Source of the DNA: Raillietiella orientalis
Taxonomy: Eukaryota
Length of the DNA stretch: 64,000 bases
NCBI GenBank assembly: GCA_036172245.1
Contig: JAYWIR010000028.1
Coordinates: forward strand, 496,001-560,000
Direction: 5' to 3'
Position 1 is the stretch's first letter; every line of letters begins with the position of its first letter. Shown here one piece after another: positions 26,096-38,552 of this stretch. Position numbers and translations under genes: made by a program. Under the pieces are notes generated by a model. The model was not told the origin of the DNA. It saw only the letters and a list, made by a program, of their open reading frames with translations, and did no database searches.

Positions 26096-29000
26096 GTGAG
26101 GGGAGCGGTGGTGGGATGGTGGCTGGCTGGGAGCACGGGAGAGGGGCTGGCGTCCGGTTCCTTCGCGTTCCTCCGATCCAACCGCCGTTGTGGGTCCCAT
26201 CGGGTGCTGTGGAGGAGCACAGCTCCTGGAGGAGACCTCTCCCCAATCGAAAGAAAGGGGAGATTTTTCCCCTTCTCCCCCTCCCCCTCTCCTGCTCCTT
26301 TGCGAGTCCTCCCACATGGGCGAACGTCGGCTGCTGCACCCTTCCTTCTCGAGCGTCTTCATCCCAGGAGTGAGGGCGGGGGAGAGGGTGTGCCCCTAGC
26401 AAGGGATGAGGAGGGTGTGGGGTGGAGAGTCCTGTGGAACCCCCCTGCCACACCATAGGAGGCTCCTTTCCTTCGGACGGCGTCCCCCCTTCGCGTGGAC
26501 CCTCCCTGTCTGGTAGGAGCTGGAAGGTGAAACTGGGAGAGGCGGGGAAGCCGCTGCTAGACGTCCCTGTCTCCGCCCCCTTCTTGTTCCTCTCGAGCGC
26601 AGGAAGGACACGTCCTGGAGGAGCCACATTCGGAGATCGGGTCTGTGTGACGGTCTCCAGCCGTGAGTTCAGGAGCTGCTAAGGGACGGCGGGGAGGAGT
26701 TCCCTGCAGTTTCACGAGGAGAGAGGAGCGGTGGAAGAAGAGATCCGCTCCAGAACGATCCCTATGAACCTGATCTCTAGATTCCGCATCCCTCAAAAGA
26801 TTTTCCTGCATTCCGCAAAAGATTTCCTCTCAAACTGAGCGGAAATCTTTCGAGGCGTGTAGTTCCAGATGCGTCCCCGAGATGGGGGTGGCGCTCACGA
26901 CAGCGAGGCGAACGCCCTTTTCCCTTCCTCTTTTCGTTCTTTCTGCTCTCGGTCGATCCGCCTTGCTCCGTTCACCTCCTCCGTTCCTAGGTCGCTTTCC
27001 TGGAGTTCCCTCCCGGAAACTGCTCTGGAATACGCCCTGAGGACCCACCACGGGTGACTGCGGAGGGTGCTGGGCGGTCGTTCCCTCTCCATTTTTCCCG
27101 CGGGCTGGTCATGGTTTTCCTCAACCTCTCCTCCCGCCCACTGCCAGAGGGTGTGCCTCATCCACCACCTCCTGACTTTAGACGCGAAACTTCCTCGTCA
27201 TCTGGAAGAACCTCTTCGTGAACGGGAGCGTTCGAGTAGGTAGAGAGGGGGAGGGGAGGGGGCCTTTGCGCTTGGGTGTGGGACGCTAGCAAGCCGATGG
27301 CGGGTCGCCAAGCATCCTGGACCCTCCCGGTTTCCGAAAGGGAGGACCCTCCTTGCGTTCGCGGACCAGCATCCTGTGCCTTCCTCGAGTGATTCGAAAT
27401 CCCGGAGGGGAGGTCCGGCCGTGGGGGGCCATCCTAGAAGAAGAGCTGCGGAAAACCAACGGAGTGGGAATGCGGGAGCCCTCGGGGCATCAGGAGGAGT
27501 GGCGGGGAGGCTGAAAGGGAGTGATCCCCCGCCGGGGAGGGAAATCTCAGAAAAGGGTGCGGAGGAAGGAGTGCTCTGAGGAGGGACGAGGGGGCGGAGA
27601 TGGGGCGGGCGGCGGCAGCCACTCCGGACCCGTCCGACCCGCCACGAAGCCGTCTCCCACGAGGGGGGGGGGGGAAGATAGGAGGAGAAGAAGCTGTAGA
27701 GATGTGCATGGCGGCCTCGTCGCCGCTGGACAGAGAAGCTTGCGGGAGGTAGCGGTAGATGGCATCTTGCAGTCTCCCGAGAGCGGCTTCCGCTCCCTCC
27801 AGAGAGGCCGTGATCTTCCTTTTCGCCTTGTATCCTTCTCATTTCCCTCTCTCCGTGTCGTCGCCACGCCCGCTCCCTCACCAGCAGTCCGTAGGGGGTG
27901 GGGTGGGGTGGGGGGGGGAAGACGGAGACGGGAAGGCGGGAGAGAGACGAAAGCTCGGAGGAGGGAGGGGACGGGACACGTCGGCACGGACGAGGTTGGG
28001 ACGGACGTGGGATCCCAGGACCAGGGAAAGGGAGCCGCTCCATCCGTCCGCGAAAGGCCCGGCGGCGCGGAAGGCTTGCGGGAGCTTTGCGCAGCCGCCA
28101 CGCCGAACGCCGCCGCCGTCCGGGGTCGTCGGGGACGGACGTCGCCTGGAGCGGGAACCGTGGGATTTGCGGCGGCGGCGGGGATGAGGTCAAGGCAGAG
28201 CAGAGACCGCCCACGTTCTCAATCTCCCGCAGCCTCGAGTTTCTCGGGGGAGGAGAACCGGCCGACCGCTCGCTCCCCAGATCCGTGGGGACCGCAGCCT
28301 CCGGGCGAAGCATCTGGCAGGCGGCGGCTCTCGCTGGCAGGCAACCAGTATGGCCGCGGGGGCGGTCCGGAAAATCCTCGGCGATTCTTCCGTTTCCCCC
28401 TTCCCCTCCTCCTGTCTGCCGCACGTTGCCCGGGACCGTCTTTTTCTGGTCTGGCAGGAGGGGGAAGAGAGAGAAGGGGAGAGGGTGGGTGGGAGAAGAG
28501 GCGGGGGTGAGGAAGACGGGGCAAAAAAGGCCCGCGTGATGACGGTGCCCTCCGTCCGCGAGACACAAACAGACTCGCAGAGAGCCTCCAGGGAGAGCTC
28601 CCCGCGACCGATGAGTCCGGACGGGTGCCGCCCAGGTGATTCCTCCGCCCCTGCTCCGGGGTTGCGGGGGAGCTCTGGACCGTTACCCTCCCGGAGCCTT
28701 TCCTGCCTCGCTTCTCGCTTCCCTCTCGCTTCTCCTCTCTCCAAGGACCGGACGAAGCTTCAAGGGCCGCGGTGGTCTCCCGAAGGAGGCCACCGCTCCA
28801 TTCGTTACTCCGCTTGCGTTACCAAGGCAATCCGAAGCGAAAGTCGGACGTCCTTTCGGTATGCAAAGGACTGCTGCCCACGACCGCGCGGGGATGAACA
28901 TCCCTGAAGAGCAAGGATCACGGGAAGCCGGAAAGATTCACCAGCCGATCGTCAGGTGTCAAAAATCGTGGTGCCCCCCTCTCCCCTCCCAACCCCTATT

Positions 29001-31141
29001 TTCTTTCCCTTTTCCTTCCCCGCCCGCTCCCTTCCCTTCTTCCTCCTTCCGCCCCCACAGGTTTCCCCGGAAACGCTTTGACTAACTTCCCCTCCCGTTA
29101 GTATAAGAAAACTGCATGTTTGTTTATGTACTTTATGTATAATAAAGCGTCCCGCCGCATCCGTGCACGAAGGCGCGTCCGCAGGTCGAGACGATCAGCT
29201 GTTCCTCCCTGGCGCAAGTGGTGACGGCGTGCGGAGATTGGCGCGGCGGAGGGATTCTCGTCTGAAGGGATGCGGCGTTTCCCCTCCCTTTCCCTCCTTG
29301 TCTTTTACGGGTGGGGAAGGCGGGGAGTAGGGGTTTCTGGGGAAAACGGCCAGCGGCGAGTCGATTCAGGTGGATTAAGGGGGTCGGCGCGAAGAACAAG
29401 AGCGTGCAGGAGGAAGAAGAGGAGCCGCCGCGGCCGCTTGACTGCTGCCAGTGGGGGCAGTCGAAAAGTCGAGGGAGCCCGCCGTAGGGCTGAGCAGAAA
29501 GTGAGGGTGAGGGGCGGGGGGCAGCGGCATCGGTTCGCTCCGCCGCTATCCGTCCCGGAGGCTCCTGGTCCCGGGGCGTCGGTTTCTTCAGCCCGAGGAG
29601 GGAAGAGGGCAGTTCAGGGAAAGCGCAGAGGGAGGGGGGACGGGAGAGGGACGAGCTGGTTGGGGGACGGGGGGGGGGGGGCAAGGGAAAGAGAGAGGAG
29701 CTCCTTCCACTCCTCCTCTCCTCCGGAGGTTCTCGACCTGATCGCCGGCAGAGGACACGCCCTCTCCTTCCCCCTCCTCTCCCCTTCCATTCCTCCTCCC
29801 TGAGCCGCCGCCGCCGCCGCCGCCATCGCCGCGCGATTCCAGCCACGTTCGCGCGGGCGCCCGGAAGCGCCGCCGCCGCCGCGCGATCATGAACTCCCGG
29901 GATTCCCGGCGGGGGGAATACGCGCCGCCGCTGATTTACTGCTTTACTGACGCTGGCCATCATCGCAAGGATCATCCCCGGCCTGGAAGAGCGGCGGTCC
30001 CGCAGATTAAAACGGGAACCGTAATTGGGATTTTATGGCCCGGCCTCGCTGCGCGAACCCACGCCATCAGCGTTTCCAGGCAATAAATTTTTATGGCGTC
30101 TCGTTGCCATCCGTGGCGCTCGCAGTCTGGAGATGCCTGCCAAATGGCTCTGGGAGTGACACAGGCGCGCGCGCGAACGCACAGTGCGACGGCACTCTTC
30201 CCCCCCCCCCCCCACCCTTTGCCCCCAACCCTCCCCTCGCCCCACCTCCCGGAGTCTCCACGAGCGCTTCAGCTGCGCATCCCCGTCAACGTGGAGCGCG
30301 CGCGCGCGCGCCACCCGTCCCGAGAGACGTCCGGCCCCGTCGCCGACAGCCACCCCCTCCTCCGCCCGCCGGCTCCCCCCAGCGAGGCGGCTCGCCCGCT
30401 CCTCCGCTCTCGGCGCACCCCTTCCTTCCTCCCCCGAGAAAAAGTCGCCACCAGCGCGCGTTGACGGCTGCTTTCGCCGCCGTCCCCATCCATCCGCCTC
30501 CGCTGCCCCTTCCTTCCCCGAACTTCCTGGCAGGCGCTCCTGTCTGGGAGAGCGGGAACGAACGAAGGCCGACTGCTGCGGCGTGTGGTCCACGGGCCAG
30601 CACCTGCCCGGCACGCAGGGAGAGCGGGGGCGCGCGCGGAGAGATGGTCCTTCCCGGGGAGACCGGCGCGCCACGCGCGTCCCTGCGTTCGCTGTCCAGC
30701 CCTGCCGCTCCCGAAGGAAGGGAGCGGGGAAGAGGAAGCGGAAGGCATGGAGGGAGGTCACGCCGCAGAGGGGAATCCCCTGGGGAGGGCCGGGGGGAGC
30801 AGAGGGAAGGTAGGAGGAAATTCCCTGCGGGACGAGGCGCCTGGGAGGGCCATTCCCCTGGGGGCCTCCAGAGACAGAGACGCCCTCTTGCAGAAGTCGT
30901 CGCGAGACGGTGCTGCTGTCTGCTGCGTTCCCCCCTCGAGGGTGGCTCTCTCTCCTGGTGCCAGAGTCCCCGTTTTGAACATCGGCTGGGACGAGGGAGC
31001 GGGAGATGGATCGTCCCTCGGTTTTCCCGTTCCTCCCCCTTCCTCCGTCCGCGGCGGAGGGAAGCAGCCTCTCCACCTCGGAACGAGGGGGCAATTTTCC
31101 CGCCTTCTCCTGTCCTCCTTCCTTGTTTCCTTGGCTTCCCA

Positions 31142-31311
31142 GAGACGGGGGGCAGGGAGGGGGGAGGCGGAGGGCGCCTCCTGCCGAAGAGCCATCCTCT
31201 TTCCCCCTCCTCGAGCCCTCCCCTTGCAGCCGCGGAAGAGCGCAGGGGTGCCGGCGGAAAAGGGGAGTCGGGGGGGGGGAGGGGCGCAGAGGAAATCCCT
31301 GCTGGAGAAGG
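31142..31311 (+). repeat. Direct repeat, copy 1 (about 170 bp)
   Basis: gagacggggggcaggg...ccctgctggagaagg; identical to 31990-32155 except within a G-run. Confidence 0.97.
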
Positions 31312-31989
31312 GCATCGCCGCCGCTCCGAGGAACAAAGCGGCGGCGGGGCGCCCGGCCTCTCCCTCATCCCATCGCCACGCTAAATAAAGAAGCTCGACG
31401 CGCAAGTCTATTTCGGGACGCGGGCTCCCGGCGGCACCGCGCTCTCCTTTCCCGAGCGCGGGAGAGGCGGCGGCGATCGGCGAAGGAAACGGGGAGACGC
31501 CGTTTCTACGCGACGCGTTCCCGTCGAGCCTGGCACACGTCACACGTCAGGTCTATTTATAGCGCGCGTGGCGGGCCGGCGGCTGGAGGAGGGAGGTGGT
31601 TGGCGCATGCGTGGGAGCAGGACTCATTCCTCCCCGGCTCGCTCGAACGGGTGATGGGGAGGGCATCTTCTTCTTCCCCGCGACTTGTCCCTCCCTGATC
31701 TTCCGTGCCCGGGAGCGACGCGATCCCTCTCTACCCCGCAGAAGTCACGAAAGCTGCTGCGCACTTCGCCCTTCCTCGGCCCTTGTTTCGGGTCGGCGTT
31801 ACGGACGCGAGCGAAAAAGGGGGTGGAGCGGTTCCGATCCACCCCCTCCTGGAAGCGAGGATGCAGGGAAGGCGGGGAGGGAGGCAGCGTGGGTCGGGCG
31901 GTCCCTGCAGACTATTGGCAGGGCCGTCAGGCCCCCCCGTTGCCCGAGTCTTCGCCGGTCTGGCGGCTGCTCGAGGGAGGACGTTTCCG

Positions 31990-32155
31990 GAGACGGGGGG
32001 CAGGGAGGGGGGAGGCGGAGGGCGCCTCCTGCCGAAGAGCCATCCTCTTTCCCCCTCCTCGAGCCCTCCCCTTGCAGCCGCGGAAGAGCGCAGGGGTGCC
32101 GGCGGAAAAGGGGAGTCGGGGGGGGGGGCGCAGAGGAAATCCCTGCTGGAGAAGG
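31990..32155 (+). repeat. Direct repeat, copy 2 (about 166 bp)
   Basis: Near-identical to 31142-31311, 848 bp downstream. Confidence 0.97.
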
Positions 32156-35100
32156 AAACGAGGAAGGAGGAGGAGCAGCAGGGGAGACGTCCCGACGCAT
32201 GTGAGAGCGGTCCTCTCCTCCCGTGGACAGCGGCGGGCGGAAGTCCGGGCGGCGACGCGTGCCCCGCACGCTCGACCACCTCTCGGACTCTACCCGACCG
32301 GGCGCGGCGGCGGATGGGCGCTTCCGCTGCGCGGGCCTCGGACGTGACGTCCGGCCGGTCGCGAGGGAGCGGTCCGTCGCCAACGAGGATGACTGTGCTC
32401 TGACGCGCGCGCACGAGGGTCCGATCCTGCCGAAAACAGCGGCAGAATCGATCCCTCGAGGGAGGGTGGTGGCTCTTTCAGTCCCTTTCCACTCCCCCCC
32501 CCCCTCCCTTTCCCTCTCATTCTTCTTAGTGGACCGGGAGGGTGCGCCGTCTCTGGTGAGCAAAAGCGGCCGCCGGCGGTTGCCAGGCAACGGGAAGCCA
32601 AGGGCGACGATAAGCAGCAGCAAGCAGCCGATGAACTCCGAGCTTCTGGCGCTCCTTCCGCAGAGGTCGCTTGCGCGCCTCTGCGGAAGGAGCGGGAGAA
32701 GGGAAGAGGGAAAAGCAGGTCCAGCACTCGCCCCCCTCCCCCTCCCTTCCCCCACAGATCTCTTGCTCGCTCGCGCCTGTCCGTCTGCAGTCGGGAATGC
32801 GGGCGCAGACACGGGGGAGAGGCAACTCGATGCGGCGAAGGACAGAGTTCCCTGCCAAGGGGTGGGGACGTCACCCCCGAGGTGGGCGGGAAGAAGGGAA
32901 GGCGGCGGGTGTTCCCCCGGCTGGGAAAGGGCGGAGTGAGGAAGGATCCGGGAGGTCGGTCTTCGTAGACGCGGTTCCCCTTCCTCCCTTCTGCCACCGT
33001 TTCCCATTCGCCTGCCCCCCACCCTCGTCCTCGCTTCCGGGAGATCAGCTTTGTTCCCTCCGACAGCTCCTGCCACGCTCCCGACAGCCGAACGGGGGGG
33101 AGGGGAGGAACGCGTCATCCGCGGCCCTGGCGATGGAGGCACCGGAAACGGGTGCTGCTGCCTTCGTCCGAGCAGGATGCGGGTGATTCCCCTCCTCGAG
33201 AGAGAAGGAAGAAGTGACCTCACCGGTAGATGCAAGGGAGCGACCCGGAAGCGAGAGTCGGTCGCTTTCTTCAAGGCCACAGAAGCACGTGGGGGCCGCT
33301 CTCGATCCTCCCTTCCTCGTCTCTCCACCTTCTCCCCCCCCCCCTCCTCCCCTTCCGGAGTGCCCTTCCGCCCCTTCCGGTCTTTCTCAGCGGGCGGCAG
33401 CCGCGGATAGGGTCGAGCGCTCTGGAGGTTTTTCGCTTCGACGCGCGCGGACCTTTTTCGCGGTAGCCATGGCGACCCCTCGGGCCACCTCATTCCCGTT
33501 CGGGTGCCGCCTCGTTGGAGAAGTGCCGATGGAGCAACGCGGGCGAGTTCCATCCTCTTTCTGGAGGGGGGATGGGGCGGGGGTGGGGGAAACTCAAGAC
33601 GGCAGTGCCGTTCCTCCTGCTGCGAGGTCGAGGAACGACTTTCCCCCCTCCCTCTTCGGCCAGCGAGGTCTATCAGTCTCGAGACAGCTCCACTGACCGC
33701 CGGCTCTGCCCCAGGGCGATGCTGCCGCGTCCATTTTTCCGGAAGCTGCGAGGGAGTTTGAGAGACTCCCGGAGGCGCGGCTCACGACCGTCAGACCGGA
33801 GGGAGAACAGGCAAGGGCCGACTGCCTCCCCTTTTCCCGGACGTAGGAAAGAAGATGGAAGTGGGGAGGGAGGAAGGGAGGGGGTGTGCCGCACGAGGAC
33901 ACGGCTAGGGCCGCTCCTCTCTCGCTCCTTTCTGTGCATCCCGCGACCGGGAGGGAGGAACGCTCGACGGACGCTCTCAAGGAGCAGCGGCAGCGGGAGA
34001 ACGACGGACGATTTCGAGGGATCGAGGCAGAGGGGTAGGGGTGGGGGAGAGGCGAGACGCGCAAAAGGGACGCGAAAAACGCGCGCGTCGCAGCAGGACA
34101 GAAAGCGAAAGGAGGAGAGGGAAAAAAAGGGAGGAGGAAAAAAAGGAGGAGGAGAACGGGAAAAAGAAGGCCGCAGGGAAGGGGGAGAGAAGGGACACGG
34201 CGCAGACTCCCGGCAATCACCGCAGCGTTTAAGGACTAAGGCGATGCGCCCTCGGGTGCGTCGCCGTTGTTGCCGCCGCCGTCGTCGTCGCAACGGCTGC
34301 GACGTGTGCTCGCGGCAGACCGCGCACGGAAGAACGCGGGCGAAACGGCCCGCCTCTTCCCGTTTCAGCGCTCGAACGGCGAGGTGACGCCAGCGCTCCT
34401 GCTCGTGCGTATCCGGCTGCGGCGGCGTTGCCGCGGGAGCGCACCTGGTCGGGACTCGGAAAAAGGAGGGGTTGCGCCCTCTCCTTTTACCGCACTTCAT
34501 TCCTTCCTCCTGCCTCACGGGAAGAAGATCGTCGGGATGGGTGCCGGTGAAGGGACGCGCGCATTCCATTCCTCTTCTCTCCTTTCATCCTTCCTTCGGG
34601 CTCTCTCGGAGGGGATCTTTCTCTGAGCAGCCAGCAGCCCTTCGGGAGCGAGCAGAAGGGGAGTCGCTCCTCCTCCCTTTTTCCTTGGCGATGCACACGA
34701 CGCTCGAGGGCATCTTCAGCTCTTCTCTTCCCTTGCCGCGTTCCCTCTGCCTCCCGTTGGTCGGAGACGCGAGGCGGGAAAAGGGGAAGCTGGAGAAATA
34801 TCCCTTCCCTTCCTCTTCTTCCCAGACGGACGCAGCGTCGAGCGCCGGTTCGTCTCCACCTTCACGAGCCGTCGTCCCCATCCTTTTCCCTGACCCCACA
34901 CGTCTGCGGTGGGACCGCAGACCCCACAATTTTCGTTTGTATCAGATGGGGATTTCGGGAACGTGAGGAAACCCGTGTCTGCAGCGCACCCGCCTCCCAG
35001 GTGGTAGTGGTGGGGCTTGCTGGCACGAAAGGACTGCCGCCAGACACAAGGAGAAGGAGGAGCGCGTGAGCGTGTGTTTGGAGTGTTTTCGCAGAGGCGC

Positions 35101-38100
35101 ACCTCCACATCCCTTCCTTCGGAGGAGGCATCTGTGCTCCGCGAAGCGGGGAGAGGTGCTGCCGTTGCCACGGCAGCAAACGGCGGGCAAAGGGCGGCTC
35201 AGAAGACACGCGATGCGGCCGTGCGAATGATTCGAGACGAAGCTGCACACGCTTCCCCCGTTACTATGCAACCATGCGTGCTCGCTAACGATGCTCTCCG
35301 TCGAGCTCGAAAGAAGCGCGCGCAGCGAGTGGAGCCAGCCGGCGCCACCGGAGAGGATGCTGATGAACTCGCGGCCCGATCGAAAGCCGGGCGAGCGGGG
35401 CTCTTCCGACCGGAGAGACTTCCGGAAGGACGACGGGGAGACGGGGGTCATCACCATCCACGCGTCCTTCGCAACCGCACTCGCCTCCGAACGCGTCCAG
35501 AGCCCGCGGGAGGGGAGGCGGGAAGAGACGCTGCCGAGCAGACTTGCGCTGGCGCCAGGCGCGGCGCGCCCGCGAGACCGCAGCGGGGAGGGCGAATCCG
35601 ACGCCGCGCCACTCGACCTCTACCGCCTCGCTCCCCCCCCCCTCCGGGAAAAAGAAAAGCAGAGCGAAAAACGTCCCGTCTCTCCCCCGTTCGGAGCCGG
35701 GATGAATGATGGCGCTCATCCCGGATGAAGCCAGACGTCTCGCGCGCGCGGGGTGCGAACAAACGTTGCCTGCACGGACGAGCAAGAGCAAATGACGGGC
35801 GTCGCGCCTTTTACCGGCAGGCGTTCATGAGAAGCTGCTGCTGCTGCTGATGATGCTGCCGCCGGGGAGGCGGAAGAGGAGGAGGAGGGAAGGAAGAGGA
35901 AGAGGAAGGGAGGAGGAAGCGTTCGCTAGCGACAGTATGTCTCTTCGTCCGTCTTGGACGTCGCCGTTGCATGCGGCGCATGGATAGAGTCCCGGTGGTG
36001 GCACGGCACCGAGGCTGGAGAGTCCACCCTAAATGTCTGGGCTGGTGGACAGCAGGTTGGGTAAGAGGAGGGAGAATATCGGAGAGAAACGGATTTAGGC
36101 AGCGTTGGACTCCTGGGAACCCCTCCCCCTTCTTCCTCTGTTCCAAAGTTTCGCCATCCGACGATGCTACAGGCTGACGCCCTCCAGTCCTTCGATGAAC
36201 CTCCAGAAGATTCCATGCCCAAATGTTCTACCAAATGCCCTCCTCAATGGTCTCCGATCCCTTTGCACCATCCGTTCTTCTTATCCATCGGTTCGCTGGC
36301 TGGATGCGTTGAATTTCATCCTCATTCTTTCCCGGGATGCGAGTTCATCGTGGGCCGAAGGCATGCATTTCTTCAGTGGCTCCTCCTGCTTGGAGGAGCG
36401 CGACTCTCCAGTGGCGTCCAGAAACCACGTCTCCGGCTGAAAGAACTTTCTTCCTCCTTGGGAAACGCCGCTGGCGGATCCGTTGTCGCCCATCCATCCG
36501 AGCGACCTCGCACACGGGCAGTATCGCAGCCGCTGAACGAAAGGGAGCCGCGATTCTTGCTAGTTGAAAACTCCATCCGAGCGCGGCTCTTCTCCGCCTC
36601 CCCGCGGTCCGCGCGGCGCGGGCAGGAGGAAGGAGCTCAGAGGACGTTCTGCAATCTTGCGGGGCCGCAATCGCCACGTTAGGTTCCTCTGCGGCCGAGG
36701 TTTCGACCGCCGCGATCTTCTCCAAGAGGCGATGCTCCTGGAAATCTCCCCAGTTTTACTTTCCTGGAACTCTGGAGTCCCGTTTTCCCAAGGACTCCCG
36801 TTTCTCGCACCTCCGCGGGTCCATTCGGGATCTTCGGAGCCCCCGACAGCCCCGTCTCCTCGTAGACGGACCACCTGGCGTAGAGCCGCGGTGAAGGAAG
36901 AGAGGCTGCTCCAACCGATTCCATCTTTCCAGAGGGAGCTCTTCACGCACGCAGCTCTCCTGTCCGCTTCTTTGCGCATCTCCTAACCTCTCCCGGCGAT
37001 CCTCCTCGGTTCTCCTGATTGCGGTAGCGCCATAGGCCGCGGTGCCGGTTGCCTCGAGGCACTTGGAAGGCGAGTGGCCGAGGCTCCCAGCAGAAAGCCG
37101 GAGGTCCCTGCTTTCGGCAGACAGTCTCGCCTCACCCTTCCTTTTCCTAGAGGACCAGCGCTTCCTGCATCCTTTTCCCACCTCTTCCTGAGCCGGATCC
37201 ATCCTTCCGGTGGTTCTTCGCCGTCTGTGGACGCGCTGTCGGCGGCGTGCCTCCCAGTTTTCCCGGAAACCACTTTCTGGACAGCCTTCCCCCCCTCAGC
37301 ATGCACAGTGCCATGGTCGTCGGAAAGGGCCCGCTAGCAGGAATTTCTTTTCCGGAGGGAACCCGCAAGGGAACCTCTCCCTGTCTTCTCTGAAGAGAAC
37401 CTCGAAGGGACGCTTCCGAAATTCAGAAGGGCGCTGCTTCCCCGAAGGGAGCGGCGCGCTTCTCTGCACTCTCTGGAGAGACGGCGACACACCTACTCCA
37501 CAGAGGGGGAGCTCCCCATTCCTTGATTCCTGTAAGGGCCCGGAGGTCAACTCCCATTGTCCCGTCCACCCATCGGGTGCACCCGGTTTGGACCGCTGCT
37601 GGCGCCGCACCCGGATGCAGGCCCTGCTCCCTGCGGAACGGCTCCGCGCTTTCTTCTCGAAAGTTTCCAGGCTCCTCAGCCGTGGAGTTTGCGGTCAGCG
37701 GGGACGAAGAAGAGAGGGGGAAGAGGAGGAGGAGACTTCAACATGTTGCGAGGGAGGCGGATTCCGATCTCGGGAGGACATCCAGAGCGGACGCGCTCGC
37801 TCGTCACACGAAAGATCGCAAGGGAAGCGTTCCGAGGCGCATGCGCCGCGACATGCCGCCGCCTTACCGCTTACAGGATGCGGCGAATTTTGATTGCGCG
37901 GCCCCGGGCAAGACCCCGGTCCTGGAGTAGTCCTCTTGGTGGTAGTCCTCCAGCCTTCCTGTCTGGAAAGAGCTGCGCCTGCACGCGCGGAGATGAATTT
38001 GCGCCAACGCGAAGCCTGGGATCGTCGTCGCCTGAAGATGCGACGAGCTGCGCCCGCCGGATCTTCTCAGCCGCGCGGGGGAGGGGAAGGAAGGAATAGC

Positions 38101-38518
38101 GTAGGGGTAGTCCTTCTCTTTTTGGTTCATTTTCTATAGCCTCCTCGAGCACTCTCCGGAAAAAAAAAACCTCACGGGAAGGATCTTTGTCGCCACCCTG
38201 CCCCCTGAGGAGCCAAGCGCGCTCATGCGATAGGGACTGGCCGACCAACGTGGGTCGGGTGAAGGAAGGAAAGTGAGGGAGGTGTTTTCGCTCCCGAAAT
38301 CGCATCCCCGATGACAGGCAAAGAGATACAGGGGTGCCCCGAGCGGATCACGTGACCAACCGACCTTCCTCCTGTCCTCGTGGGGAGGAAGGGAAAAGCG
38401 TGAAGGGAGGAGTGGAGAAAGCTGCCCCTGAAACGGAGTCACTGTCTCCGCCCGGAATCCGAGTTCGACGCGACTTCTTAGAAGGGAAGGAAAGACATTC
38501 TCCTCCCGAACGGGGGTG

Positions 38519-38551
<33 letters not shown>
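38519..38551 (+). repeat. Poly(A) run (A33)
   Basis: Read directly. Other long A runs occur at 16583-16608 and 23730-23748. Confidence 0.95.
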
Positions 38552-38552
<1 letters not shown>

